The notes: generated from the sequence alone by a model not told the origin. Shown: positions 1-10,532, counted from the first letter of the stretch. The stretch: DNA of 64,000 nucleotides from an uncultured delta proteobacterium (GCA_963790475.1 CAWBOS010000001.1:64001-128000), one strand, 5' to 3'. Made by a program: numbers and translations.

Positions 1-2
1 CG

Positions 3-956
3 GGAGCCTGGAGTTTCTACATTGAAAATGACACGGTGGCCAATACCGACCGCGATTACACCAGCGGGTTGAAGCTCAGCTGGACTTCCCGTTGGATTCC
101 CGCCCCGGGAACAGAATCGGATGACCAAGACAAGAAGGGCTGGGTTCCCTCGGCCCTGAATAAGTTCCCTTTTTTCAACACGCCCGGAGATCGAAGGGCC
201 CTTTCGATATCGATCGGCCAGGTTATCTATACGCCGGAAGACCTCACCCGCAGTGACCTGATTGTGAATGATCGTCCCTATGCGGGATACACCTGGTTGG
301 GCTTTGCGATACAAAGAACCAACCAAAAAATAATGGATACCCTCGAATTGAATATCGGAATGGTGGGCCCCCACTCTTACGCGGAATATGTCCAGGAAGG
401 GGTTCACGAATGGCTGGGTGATAAGGAGCCCCAAGGTTGGAATAATCAATTGAAAGACGAGTTCTCTCTGGAGCTGATTTATGAGCGCAGATGGAAGCTT
501 TGGACATCAAAGCTGGGGCATGGATTTGGCTACGATTTCATCCCCCATCTTGGCGGAAGATTTGGAAATGTCTACGTCTACGGAAATACCGGAGCGGAGT
601 TACGGTTCGGTTGGAATCCGCCCGGGGACTTCGGAACCTGCCCGATTCGTCCGGGCTGTGAAAGTAACGCTTCAACTGATCCGGAGAACGACCGCGGCCG
701 CTCCTTCGGGATCCATGCCTTTCTCAGCGTCGATGGGCGTGCTGTCCTGCGGGACATCTTTCTGGACGGAAATACCTGGGTAGACAGCCACAGTGTGGAT
801 AAAAATTATTTTGTCGCCGACCTGGGGGCAGGCATAGGGATCTCAACCAAACTATTCAAGCTGACCTACGGACTTATTTACAGGACGAAGGAATTCAAAA
901 GTCAACCCTCCAACGGTCAGGTATTCGGGACCTTGCTCATTACTTTCTACCTGTAG
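3..956 (+). CDS. Lipid A deacylase LpxR / DUF2219 outer-membrane beta-barrel protein (5'-partial)
   Basis: The frame is open to the window edge (..WSFYIENDTVANTDRDYTSG). It has the END..DRDYTSG, DRPYAG and PQGWNNQL motifs typical of DUF2219/LpxR. Confidence 0.85.
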   Translation, partial: GAWSFYIENDTVANTDRDYTSGLKLSWTSRWIPAPGTESDDQDKKGWVPSALNKFPFFNTPGDRRALSISIGQVIYTPEDLTRSDLIVNDRPYAGYTWLGFAIQRTNQKIMDTLELNIGMVGPHSYAEYVQEGVHEWLGDKEPQGWNNQLKDEFSLELIYERRWKLWTSKLGHGFGYDFIPHLGGRFGNVYVYGNTGAELRFGWNPPGDFGTCPIRPGCESNASTDPENDRGRSFGIHAFLSVDGRAVLRDIFLDGNTWVDSHSVDKNYFVADLGAGIGISTKLFKLTYGLIYRTKEFKSQPSNGQVFGTLLITFYL

Positions 957-1443
957 ATTCCCCCGTGGACTTGTTGCCCTTGGGGCCAAATCTTTAACCT
1001 TGACCATTCCTGCCGTTTCTCCTCGCCCTCGGCCCCCGGATTGTCCCCCCCCCAAGTAAATCATTTTTCAATGAGAAATACCCTCAAAGCCGTATTCACT
1101 TTTTGGCCGGTTTTTTCAAAATATCCTTCATCATCGATGAAGGGAGCACTATTTTGAAAAAGAGCATCTTGTTTTTAGGTCTCCTGGTCGGTTGTCTGAT
1201 CTTTATTATCGACTGAATGAAATCCATATCGAAATCCCCCCGTTGAGAAAAAGAAGATCGGACATACCCATCCTGACGAACTATAGAAACAGCAGCGAAA
1301 AAATATGAGCCATTAAAACCCATTTAATTTATTAGATAATTGCTAATTCAGATAACGGTCGGCTTCGGGAAAAGTTTTTTTGCAGGGATCGCACATTATT
1401 AAGTTAAAACCCCTGAATCCCTCGTGCTGGAGCAAGGGGTTAT

Positions 1444-2445
1444 TTATTCCTGGATATTAACCTTTCTTAGAAAGGCAGCATCCTTCTCTGGGGACTGGAT
1501 GTTAATATACATACCCGACCCCAGTTCAAAACCGGCCACCTTGGTGATTCTTGGGACTATAACAAAATAAAAATGAAAGAATTCATTCTTGCCCAGGGGA
1601 TCGGGTATGGAACGGAGGACAAGATTATAGTCGGGGTTTTCCAGGCCGAAATATAATCTTTTAAGTACTTCCTTCAGAACCCGGGACAGATCCTCTAATT
1701 CCATATCGGAGATGGATTCAAAGGAGGCCATATGCCGTTTCGGAAAGATCCAGATATGAAAGGGTGAGAGGGCCGCATAGGGAACAAAGGCGATGAAGTG
1801 ATCACTTTCTGAAATGATTCGTTCCCGATCCTTGAGTTCGTCTGAAGCAACTTTGCAATATAGGCACTCACCGGTCTCCTCGATATACCTCTTCGACTCT
1901 TCGATCCTGTACCCAATCTGCGGTGGAATAACCGGAGTGCCGACTATCTGAGAGTGGGGATGCTCAAGAGTCGTCCCAGCCCAGGTCCCATGGTTTTCAA
2001 AAAGGATAACCATTTTAATCCGGAGGTCCTGGTAAAAAAGCTGATACATATACTTATAGGTCCTGATCAGATCATGGAAGGCCCCTGGTGAAAGCAAGGC
2101 TGGCGGGGTATTGTGAAGAGGGGTCTCTATAATGACATCATGGAGGCCCACCCCGGCCATGGTGCGTTTGATACCGGAAATCCGCCACTCTAAAGGTCCT
2201 TCCCGAACTAAGGCTGAAAATTTATTCGGGATGGAACGAACCTTCCAGGTTTCGGTAGTGCCTACCCGAAAGGTTTCCGGAGGGGTCATGTGCTCGTTAC
2301 CTGGACAGAAGGGGCAGCCATCCTTATAATCAGGCAGAAGTTTTCCTCTCCCTTCTTTTTTAATATAATCCTCAAAGCGTTTGGCCCTCTCAGGGGCAAT
2401 AATCACCCAATCCCTGGTTACCAGATTAAATCGGAGTTCGGACAT
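1444..2445 (-). CDS. galT: Galactose-1-phosphate uridylyltransferase family protein
   Basis: N-terminal ELR...WVIIAPERAKR, CPFCPGNE Zn motif, NKF and catalytic HPHSQ. Confidence 0.9.
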   Translation of the reverse strand: MSELRFNLVTRDWVIIAPERAKRFEDYIKKEGRGKLLPDYKDGCPFCPGNEHMTPPETFRVGTTETWKVRSIPNKFSALVREGPLEWRISGIKRTMAGVGLHDVIIETPLHNTPPALLSPGAFHDLIRTYKYMYQLFYQDLRIKMVILFENHGTWAGTTLEHPHSQIVGTPVIPPQIGYRIEESKRYIEETGECLYCKVASDELKDRERIISESDHFIAFVPYAALSPFHIWIFPKRHMASFESISDMELEDLSRVLKEVLKRLYFGLENPDYNLVLRSIPDPLGKNEFFHFYFVIVPRITKVAGFELGSGMYINIQSPEKDAAFLRKVNIQE

Positions 2446-2475
2446 AACTTGCCCTCCTTAACCTGAAGATAAAAC

Positions 2476-2512
2476 CAAAAACCCCATCTCTCTTTTGAAA
2501 AATGGGGTTTCC
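2476..2512 (-). terminator. Intrinsic terminator-like hairpin in the galT leader
   Basis: Minus strand reads aaaccccat-ttttcaaaagagag-atggggtttt followed by a T-rich tail, ~30 nt upstream of the galT start. Confidence 0.5.
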
Positions 2513-2931
2513 AAGGTTCTCCACATTTGCTTACCTCCCTTTAGGGTTAAGAGGCATTGCTGGAAGACGAGTTTCCTTAATTATCAGGTCATTGAATGGA
2601 TCACATTATACATGTTTTTGCGAGCCACAAACAGGAGATTTTTCATCATGAGGCGACCAATAATTTGGAGAGGGTCCTTAAACTCTTATCACTTGAAATC
2701 ATTCAAAATTGGTCAAAAGTCAAAACAAGAGCCTGATCAGGTTCGCGCTACCCTTATGCCGGATCTTGCCCAGGCAGTAAGCAGGCACCTCCTGGACTTA
2801 TCCCGGAGTAAGATAAGCCCCCGGTTCTGACATCATCTGATTCATTTCTACACCTATCCTTACTCTGCGGACTATACCGAGGGAGAGGGCGCCCGTAGTA
2901 GAATTGGGATCGAAACCTTGAAGTAAAGGGG

Positions 2932-4197
2932 TTAAGATTTTTTCGTCCTCCGGCGGGGAAGGAAAAAGGCGCAGCCGACGGCAGCGAAAGCTATCAGAGC
3001 CGTAGTAAAAAAGCTGGAACGATAGGAGCCGCTGATATCGAAAATATATCCGGCCAGAACCGGACCGGTAGCGCTGGAGACCATGATCAGGGGGGACATG
3101 ATACCCTGGATTTTGGCAAAGGCCGCCCGCCCGAAATACTCGGCACGAATGGCCGGATCCAGCGGGATGGTACCCCCGTATCCGATTCCGAACAGAGCAA
3201 TAAAGAGGAAAGTTACCGGCATGGTATGGGCTACCATAAGAACCAGAGTGCCGGAGCTGACCATTGCGTAACAGACCATAAACAGGGCCCGTTTCTCCAC
3301 CCGGTCTCCCAAATAACCGAAAAGCAGCCGGCCGACAATACTGACCGCCATAACCAGACCAAGACTGAAGGCGGCTAAGGCCAGAGGAAGGCCCGCGTCG
3401 GTCAACGCCGGTACGGCATGAACGACAACCACCGATTGGGCCATCCCCTGGAAAAAGAAGCCACCCACCAATAGCCAGAAGCGGCGGGATAAAAGGGCCT
3501 GCCTCAGGGTAAAGTCCATTTGAGCAGGGGTGTCTTCGGACGAATCATCCGGACCGCCGACAGGCGGTAGGTCCGGTTCGGGTTCGTCGCCATCCATGAG
3601 TAATCCTTTTTCCGCCGGAGAGTTCCGGATTACCAGGGTTAAGGGCAAAACCACAGCCCAGATTACCAGACCAGTCACTACGAAGGCCATCCGCCAGCCG
3701 AAACGGCTGATAAGCAGGGCCGAGGCCGGAGCGCATATGAGGCCGCCAACACCGGCCCCCACGGACATCAGCGATAAGGCCAGTGACAGCCGACGCACGA
3801 ACCATTTGGCGATCACGGTAAAGGCCGACAGGTAAAGCATGGCCCCCATACCGATAGATAGAATCACCCCGTTGATCAGGTAAAAACTCCACAGGGAGTT
3901 CACGAAATACATCAGCACGAATCCCAGGCCGCAGAGGATCGCTCCGCCGATGATAACCACCCGCCCGCCGTACTTGTCGATCACCCAGCCCAGGATGGGC
4001 GAGGCGATCCCTCCCTGGATGCTGCGCAGGGAGTAAGCACCGGCGGTCATGGCCCGGGACCAACCGAACTCAGCCATCATCGGTTTGAAGAAGACCCCAA
4101 AGCTGTATAACCAGGTCCCGTATCCCAGGCCGCAGATGATGCCCGTGGACAGGACGATCCACCAGCCGTAAAAGATCTTTTTTTTAGCTAATCCCAT
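2932..4197 (-). CDS. MFS transporter (MCT/OFA-like)
   Basis: Many hydrophobic segments, FYGWWIV N-terminus, motif A (GWVIDKYGGR, GYLGDRVEKR). Confidence 0.9.
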   Translation of the reverse strand: MGLAKKKIFYGWWIVLSTGIICGLGYGTWLYSFGVFFKPMMAEFGWSRAMTAGAYSLRSIQGGIASPILGWVIDKYGGRVVIIGGAILCGLGFVLMYFVNSLWSFYLINGVILSIGMGAMLYLSAFTVIAKWFVRRLSLALSLMSVGAGVGGLICAPASALLISRFGWRMAFVVTGLVIWAVVLPLTLVIRNSPAEKGLLMDGDEPEPDLPPVGGPDDSSEDTPAQMDFTLRQALLSRRFWLLVGGFFFQGMAQSVVVVHAVPALTDAGLPLALAAFSLGLVMAVSIVGRLLFGYLGDRVEKRALFMVCYAMVSSGTLVLMVAHTMPVTFLFIALFGIGYGGTIPLDPAIRAEYFGRAAFAKIQGIMSPLIMVSSATGPVLAGYIFDISGSYRSSFFTTALIAFAAVGCAFFLPRRRTKKS

Positions 4198-4260
4198 TAT
4201 TCCTTAACTATCCGTTTTTTTCCGCCGCACGATATATTGACTTTCCAGTCCTGCCATCAG

Positions 4261-4457
4261 AAAGAAGTAAAAGTGAAAGGATAAAAGTAAAAAAGGATAA
4301 TCGGCGTTCATTTTTTTGCTTTTTACATTTTGCCTTTTTCTTTTTCTTGTCTTATACTCCTAACAGAAAAATAAGTTAAAAGGCAAAAGTAAAAAGTAAA
4401 AAAGAAGCCTCGACCTTAACGACCTTTTCCCTTTTAACTTTTGACTTTTAACTTTTT
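4261..4457. repeat. Two consecutive inverted arrays of degenerate 6-7-bp units (AAAAGTA / TTTTAAC-like)
   Basis: An A-rich array (aagtaaaagtgaaaggataaaagtaaaaaagg) is followed by its T-rich mirror (ttttgctttttacattttgcctttt). The pattern repeats as aaaggcaaaagtaaaaagtaaa / ttttaacttttgacttttaac. Confidence 0.75.
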
Positions 4458-4478
4458 ATTAAAGAAAGATCGGAGGAA

Positions 4479-4838
4479 ATGGCCCTGAGAAGGTTTATCA
4501 TCGAGGTTGGTATGGGTGTTGACCAGCATGGGCAGGATCACACCCGAGCCGCGGAAAGAGCGGTCCAGGATGCTATCCAACGCAGCTGCTTATGCGGCCT
4601 GAGGGAGGTTGCCGGGATTAAAAATCCCGCCGACATGGTGGTAGAAGTTCTGATCGGCTGCCCCAGACCGGAATCTGTGGACGGAGAAAAAGTGCTCAAG
4701 ATCCTTCCCTTCGGTCAGAAAAAGATCGAGGTTCGTCAGGGCGGTCTTCTGGGTAAGACCCTCTTCCAACCCGAACTGGGAGATAAGACAGACGAGATGA
4801 TTGTGGCCAACGCGATTGTGACCGTGTACGTACCGTAA
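4479..4838 (+). CDS. Lin0512 family protein
   Basis: IEVGMGVDQHGQDHTRAAERAVQDAI signature, SD ggagg upstream. Confidence 0.85.
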   Translation: MALRRFIIEVGMGVDQHGQDHTRAAERAVQDAIQRSCLCGLREVAGIKNPADMVVEVLIGCPRPESVDGEKVLKILPFGQKKIEVRQGGLLGKTLFQPELGDKTDEMIVANAIVTVYVP

Positions 4839-5001
4839 CGATCAAGTCCAAAGAACAAAAGGCGGCCAGGTTGAATTCGTTGTCCGGGTATTTCAGGAAA
4901 TGATTGACCCGGCCGAAATCGGCTTCTTAAATCCGGCTTCGACTGCCAGAAAACGAAAGCAGGATCAGAAAGGGCCCTGCTTCCCGGGCCTTTTATTCTC
5001 C

Positions 5002-5030
5002 TTGACCCCGACTCTTTCTTTCCCTATACT
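5002..5030 (+). promoter_or_regulatory. Sigma70-type promoter upstream of the glycyl radical enzyme
   Basis: TTGACC-17 nt-TATACT. Confidence 0.65.
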
Positions 5031-5216
5031 TTTACCATAAAAAATCATTTTGTTAGCAACCGGGCGGCCCGATGAGGCGAGCAATGAAATCGTTCTGGTG
5101 AATTTGTCTGTCTTGATTCCGGTTTCTTTTTTTTAAGAACTGTCGACAACGCGCCCAATCCCTTCCGTCCGGTACCGATGAGTCAGGTGATGCATCTTTA
5201 GAAGGAGTAACCCCAA

Positions 5217-7610
5217 ATGACTTCTGAACAGGTATTAAAGAGAACGCTTCGGCTGAAAAATAATCTTCTGTCCAGCCGATATGAAATATGCATCGAACGG
5301 ATGAAGTTTTTCACCGAGGCCTATCAGAATCATCCCGGGGATCCTCCGGTCCTGAAGCGGGCCAAGGCCGTGGCCCATACGCTGCAGAACATGACCATCT
5401 TCATCCGGGAGGATGAGTTGCTGGTTGGGAACGAAACCAGCAAGAACCTGGGGGAAAAGATCAATCTAGATCTGAACCGCTTCAATGGTATTGATAAAAA
5501 AAGCACCTTTGAAGATCTGGCCACCCGAAACCCTCAACCCTTTTTTATCAGCGAAAACGACATTGACGAACTCATGGCCCTGACCCCCTATTGGCAGGGA
5601 AAGTCCCTGGTTGGCGACATCATCCTGCCGAAGTTGCTGAGTAAAAATCTGATTCCGTCCCAGGGCGGCTTCGCCTCGGCGAAGCCCAACATCGCCATCC
5701 TGATCGGTACCACCGAAGGGCACCTGTCGGCCGGCTATGAAAAGCTTTTAAGGCTTGGATATAAAGGAATCATCCGGGAGGCCGACCGCTTTCAAAAAGG
5801 CTTGTCCAAAGACGACCTCGAATTTGAGGAAAAATCGAATTTCTATGAGGCGGTCAAAATTTACTACACCGCCGCCATTGATTTTTCGCAGCGTTTTTCG
5901 GATCTGGCTCTTGATCTGGCAAGCCGGAGGCAGAGAGAAGAGAGGCAAAAGGAGCTGACAGCCGTCGGGGAGATGATGCATAAATTTACGGCTCAACCCC
6001 CGGACACCTTTTATGAGGCGGTTCAATTCCTATGGTTCTCCCAGAATATCGCCAATATCATCTATCAGCGGAGCGTTCTCGCGCCGGGCCGGCTGGACCA
6101 GATCCTCTGGCCCTATTATGAAAGGGACAGGCAGGCGGGTAAGATCACCCGGGAGTTCGCCCTGGAACTGATCGAGGAATTAAACCTCAAGCTCACCTGG
6201 AACGTCCAATTGATTTCCAGGGAGGCGACCATGATCGCCAATGCCCTGGGCCAGAATACCCAGGCGATCACCATCGGGGGGGTAAAAGCAGATGGAACCG
6301 ACGCCAGCAATGAATTGTCCTATCTATTTCTTGAGGCCTATAAAAATATAAAGGCACTGACCACGGATCTGTCCGTGCGCCTTCATCGGAATACGCCCCG
6401 TGAATTTTTTCTGGAGGCTCTATCCGTTTTCAAATCCACATCCGGCATCGCTTTTTATAATGATGACGTGATTGTCCCGGCCCTGGAGAAGGCCGGCTAC
6501 ACCGCCGAAGACGCCTTGGATTATGTGATTATCGGCTGTGTGGAACCGACCGGCCAGGGAAACAGCTTTGCCGCCACCGGGCGGATGTTCCTGAATCTGC
6601 CGGGGGTCCTGGAATTAACACTGAATAACGGATCTTCCGGAATGTCCGGCCAGGTCGATGGGTTCGAAACCGGAGATCCGGCCGGGTTTCTAACTTTTGA
6701 CGATCTATACCGGGCCTTTGTCCGGCAGCTGGCCTTTAACATCGAAAGATCGGTGCAAATAGCGGAAGTGGGGGACCGGGAAACGATGACCTGGTTCCAG
6801 CATCCCTTTGTTTCGGCCATGGTGGAGGGATGCCTGGAAAAGGGAAAGGACTATGTCACCGGAGGCGCGAAATACAACCTGTCCTCGATCACCGGGTATG
6901 GTTTCGGCACCCTGGTGGATTCGCTTCACCACCTTAAAAAGGTGGTCTATGATGAAAAAATACTCTCGCTGCCGGAATTTATCAAAGTATTAAACTCCGA
7001 TTTTAGCGGACAGGAAAGATTAAGACAGAAACTCATTACACAATACGACACCTGGGGAAATAACCAGGCGGAAATCGACGACCTGGCCTGTCAGTTGTGG
7101 GATCTATTCACGCGGGAAGTCGCCAAGCACACGCCCCTGCGGGGTGGAAGATACAGCGCCGGGGCCTATTCCATGGGGTTTCACGTCCTGGAAGGGTTTG
7201 TCACCCGGGCGACCGCGGACGGCAGAAAAGCCCTGGAACCGATCTCCAACAGCCTTTCTCCGGTCAATGGGGCGGTAAAAAGCGGGATCACGGCTGTTTT
7301 AAACTCGGTGGCAAAATTGAACTACCAATATGCCGCCAACGGGGTCGCCGTCAATGTCCGAATCCATCCCCAGAACCTGGCCAAGGAAGAAAATCTGGAA
7401 AAATTTTACTGGCTTCTAAAAACCTATTTTCAAAACGGCGGTATGCAGATCCAACCCACCGTGGTGTCCACCGAGACGCTTCGGGAGGCTCAGAAAAATC
7501 CGGAAAAATATAAAGATCTGATCGTAAAGGTAGGGGGGTACAACGCCACCTATATAGATCTGGGGACTCCCATACAGAATGAAATTATCAGCCGATTGGA
7601 AAACCGGTAG
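5217..7610 (+). CDS. Glycyl radical enzyme (PFL-like superfamily), substrate unknown
   Basis: 797 aa; GRLDQ, Cys loop IIGCVEP and C-terminal Gly loop LIVKVGGYNA. Confidence 0.9.
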   Translation: MTSEQVLKRTLRLKNNLLSSRYEICIERMKFFTEAYQNHPGDPPVLKRAKAVAHTLQNMTIFIREDELLVGNETSKNLGEKINLDLNRFNGIDKKSTFEDLATRNPQPFFISENDIDELMALTPYWQGKSLVGDIILPKLLSKNLIPSQGGFASAKPNIAILIGTTEGHLSAGYEKLLRLGYKGIIREADRFQKGLSKDDLEFEEKSNFYEAVKIYYTAAIDFSQRFSDLALDLASRRQREERQKELTAVGEMMHKFTAQPPDTFYEAVQFLWFSQNIANIIYQRSVLAPGRLDQILWPYYERDRQAGKITREFALELIEELNLKLTWNVQLISREATMIANALGQNTQAITIGGVKADGTDASNELSYLFLEAYKNIKALTTDLSVRLHRNTPREFFLEALSVFKSTSGIAFYNDDVIVPALEKAGYTAEDALDYVIIGCVEPTGQGNSFAATGRMFLNLPGVLELTLNNGSSGMSGQVDGFETGDPAGFLTFDDLYRAFVRQLAFNIERSVQIAEVGDRETMTWFQHPFVSAMVEGCLEKGKDYVTGGAKYNLSSITGYGFGTLVDSLHHLKKVVYDEKILSLPEFIKVLNSDFSGQERLRQKLITQYDTWGNNQAEIDDLACQLWDLFTREVAKHTPLRGGRYSAGAYSMGFHVLEGFVTRATADGRKALEPISNSLSPVNGAVKSGITAVLNSVAKLNYQYAANGVAVNVRIHPQNLAKEENLEKFYWLLKTYFQNGGMQIQPTVVSTETLREAQKNPEKYKDLIVKVGGYNATYIDLGTPIQNEIISRLENR

Positions 7611-7808
7611 TGCGGGCCCTCTTAGGGCCTGGCCTTTATCCCTGAGCATTTTAATCCTAGCCAATTGTTTAATGATCAAGGAGGTAGAAAATGTCTTTTT
7701 CTTGCCTTATACTCTTCCCGTCTGAAGAAATTTCTTGTCAAAGACTGAATTTTTCAAGTTCGGGCAGTTTTCAGAAAGGAGCTGTCGCCGAATATTAACC
7801 TCCATCGA

Positions 7809-9101
7809 GTGGAGACCATGCTTTTCGATAAAAATTTCAACGAAGGTATTTGGCATCTGACCATAACCGTTGCCGCGGTTATCTCTGCTATTTATATACC
7901 CTTGCAATTGGTTTTTCAGTTGAACGACCTCCGGCTGTTCAGAATTTTCGAAACCATGGTCACCCTGCTCTTTTTGATTGATTTGGTTTATTATCAGGTT
8001 TCCCTGCACAGGATCGGGGATAAAACCCTTCCCCACCACCGGGAAATTCCTTTCAAGCATCGTCTATTTTGGTTCAGCGCCGATCTTCTGGCGGCCTTCC
8101 CCTTCGCTTTGGTCCAGGCTTCCCCTTATTTATCCATCCTGCGGATTCTGAAGCTGCTGCGGGTCGCCCAGTATATGCATGCCTGGCGGCAAAAGGTTTT
8201 AAAATACAATGAATATCTCAAACTGACTTTCTTTGTTTTCTGGCTGCTTATTTTTGCCCACTGGCTGGCCTGCGGCTGGCTGGCCATCACTGTAGGAGAA
8301 TATACCGGGGATGATTTAACCCAGTATCTTTCCGGCTTTCACTGGGTCATTGAAACCCTGACCACCGTTGGTTACGGTGAAACGGTTTCCACTACTAATA
8401 TTCAAAGGATATACGCCATCTTTGTCATGCTTGCCGGAGTAGGAGTTTATGGATATGTCATCGGCAACGTGGCCAGTATCCTGGCTAAGAGAGATCCTGC
8501 CAAAAGTCAATACTTCAGTAACCTCGACCAGCTGAACGCCTTCGTCCAATACCGGGAAATTCCAGGGGACCTTCAAAAAAGGATTAGAGACTATTACGCC
8601 TATATCTGGAAAAAACGCTTGGGCTTCGATGAAACGACTTTTTTGACGGCCCTTCCCCAGGGACTTCGCACGGAAGTTGAGATGCACTTAAAATTGGAGA
8701 TTCTGGACAAGATCCCTTTGTTTGAAGGACTGGACAGTGTTTTTATCGAAGAGGTGGCCCTGAATTTAAAACCGGATGTCTATACACCCGGCGAATTTAT
8801 TTTTAAGGCCGGACAACAAGGCGACAAGATGTATTTTGTCATCAGAGGTAATTTGCTGGTGTTAAACAAAAACGGTTCGGTGATCAGTACCCTGAAAGAC
8901 GGTGATTTTTTTGGCGAGATCGCTCTCTTTACCAATCAGGTCCGAAGCGCCGGTGTCCAGGCTGTGACCTACTGCGATCTCTATATCCTGGAAAAAGAAG
9001 TTTTTGAATATCTCTTGGAAAAATTTCCGGACATCGGGTCCCACATAAGAGAAGTGGCTATTAAGCGGCAGGAAAAGGATGGCCGGGCCGTCCGATCTTG
9101 A
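7809..9101 (+). CDS. Cyclic-nucleotide-gated K+ channel (SthK-like)
   Basis: S4-like ILRILKLLRV, selectivity filter TTVGYG, C-linker and CNBD (GDFFGEIAL...RSA). Confidence 0.92.
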   Translation: METMLFDKNFNEGIWHLTITVAAVISAIYIPLQLVFQLNDLRLFRIFETMVTLLFLIDLVYYQVSLHRIGDKTLPHHREIPFKHRLFWFSADLLAAFPFALVQASPYLSILRILKLLRVAQYMHAWRQKVLKYNEYLKLTFFVFWLLIFAHWLACGWLAITVGEYTGDDLTQYLSGFHWVIETLTTVGYGETVSTTNIQRIYAIFVMLAGVGVYGYVIGNVASILAKRDPAKSQYFSNLDQLNAFVQYREIPGDLQKRIRDYYAYIWKKRLGFDETTFLTALPQGLRTEVEMHLKLEILDKIPLFEGLDSVFIEEVALNLKPDVYTPGEFIFKAGQQGDKMYFVIRGNLLVLNKNGSVISTLKDGDFFGEIALFTNQVRSAGVQAVTYCDLYILEKEVFEYLLEKFPDIGSHIREVAIKRQEKDGRAVRS

Positions 9102-9287
9102 AAGTCGGCATTTCCTGTTCGGCTGGGACCTTGATCATTTCATGGGGTAACTCCCAGGGGAAGCCCCTGCCTATGGAGAAAAAAGGGGGTGGTCGGAGGA
9201 GACTCCCGAATCAAAAAAGTCAGGAAAGCCTGCTGGGTCTGCCCACTAAAATCTCAGCCGATTGTTTAACGATCAAGGAGGTAGAAA

Positions 9288-10442
9288 ATGTTGCCGAATG
9301 GAATAACGGATCTAACTGCGGATTGGCTTAATGAAGCACTTCATAGGAACGGATTCTTGACCAGGGATAGAAATATTTTATCCATCGAGATCACACCCAT
9401 GGCGGTAGGAGAGGGTTTCCAAAGTGACATGGCCCGGATCATTCCCAAGTATGACGGGGAGGACCCGGCCTTGCCCTTGTCCATGGTGGCCAAGCTGCCT
9501 ACTTCCTATGAACCGGCCAATTTTGTGGCCATGTTGTTCAACACCTATGAGCGGGAGATAAGGTTCTACCAGGAAGTCGCCCCCCGCAGCCCTGTCCGAA
9601 CCCCCCGGTTGATTCTCGGGGAATTTGATGGGGAGGCAAAACGATATGTCCTTATCCTGGAAGATTGCGGTTGTTACACACAGGTCGATCAGGTCAGCGG
9701 ACTGACCGAGGAGCAATTGGGCCAGGTCATAGATAAAATCGCCGATTTCCACGCGCACTGGTGGAATTCTCCTGTCCTGGCCTCCATTCCCTGGATGCCC
9801 GGCCCCAGGTCAGCGGCGGCCTATGCCCTGGTGGACTTTTATAAGGGTTGCTGGGATACGGCGGTAACCGTACCGGAGTTTTTAGCCGCCCTGCCTCCCG
9901 GAGGAAAAGAGGCCGGTTTAAAAATTTATGAAAATTTCCTGTGGTTGGTGGAAGCCGCCCAGGACGATCACCTGACCATCACTCATTTTGATTTTCGCGG
10001 CGATAATCTGTTTTTTGACGAGAGCGATGAAAATGACCCGGTCATCGTCTTCGATTGGCAGGCCACGAGTGTCTACCGTGGCCCTTTGGACGTAGGCTAT
10101 CTCATGGGCGGGAGCATTTCTGCGGAATTGAGGCGCAAGGTGGAGAAAAAGATGCTCCAAAGATATTATCAGCGGCTCCTGGACAAAGGGGTCAAGGACT
10201 ATTCTTTTGAAGACTGCCTTTATGATTATCTCGGCGGGCTGCTGGTCTATGCCTATATTCCGGTACTGGCTTACAGCCGGCTGGATATGAGCAGCGACCG
10301 CGGCCAGGAACTGGCCCGGATGCTGACCGAACGACATTTCTCGGCCATCGTGGATCATGACGCGGCCGGTTATTTGGGAAAATCACCAGAAGAGATCGGC
10401 CCTCAGCTCAAAGCACTCGCCGAAGAATGGCGAAACGGTTGA
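9288..10442 (+). CDS. Ecdysteroid-kinase-like / APH-family phosphotransferase
   Basis: REIRFY, HFDFRGDNL Brenner-type motif, DWQ. Confidence 0.8.
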   Translation: MLPNGITDLTADWLNEALHRNGFLTRDRNILSIEITPMAVGEGFQSDMARIIPKYDGEDPALPLSMVAKLPTSYEPANFVAMLFNTYEREIRFYQEVAPRSPVRTPRLILGEFDGEAKRYVLILEDCGCYTQVDQVSGLTEEQLGQVIDKIADFHAHWWNSPVLASIPWMPGPRSAAAYALVDFYKGCWDTAVTVPEFLAALPPGGKEAGLKIYENFLWLVEAAQDDHLTITHFDFRGDNLFFDESDENDPVIVFDWQATSVYRGPLDVGYLMGGSISAELRRKVEKKMLQRYYQRLLDKGVKDYSFEDCLYDYLGGLLVYAYIPVLAYSRLDMSSDRGQELARMLTERHFSAIVDHDAAGYLGKSPEEIGPQLKALAEEWRNG

Positions 10443-10532
10443 GGTGAATTGGGGCCGGGTGAGCTCTTGATCAAGGCCGAGGTCAGGTAATCGGCCGGAA
10501 ATAAGGAACAGCTCAACCTAACTTAAAGGAGA

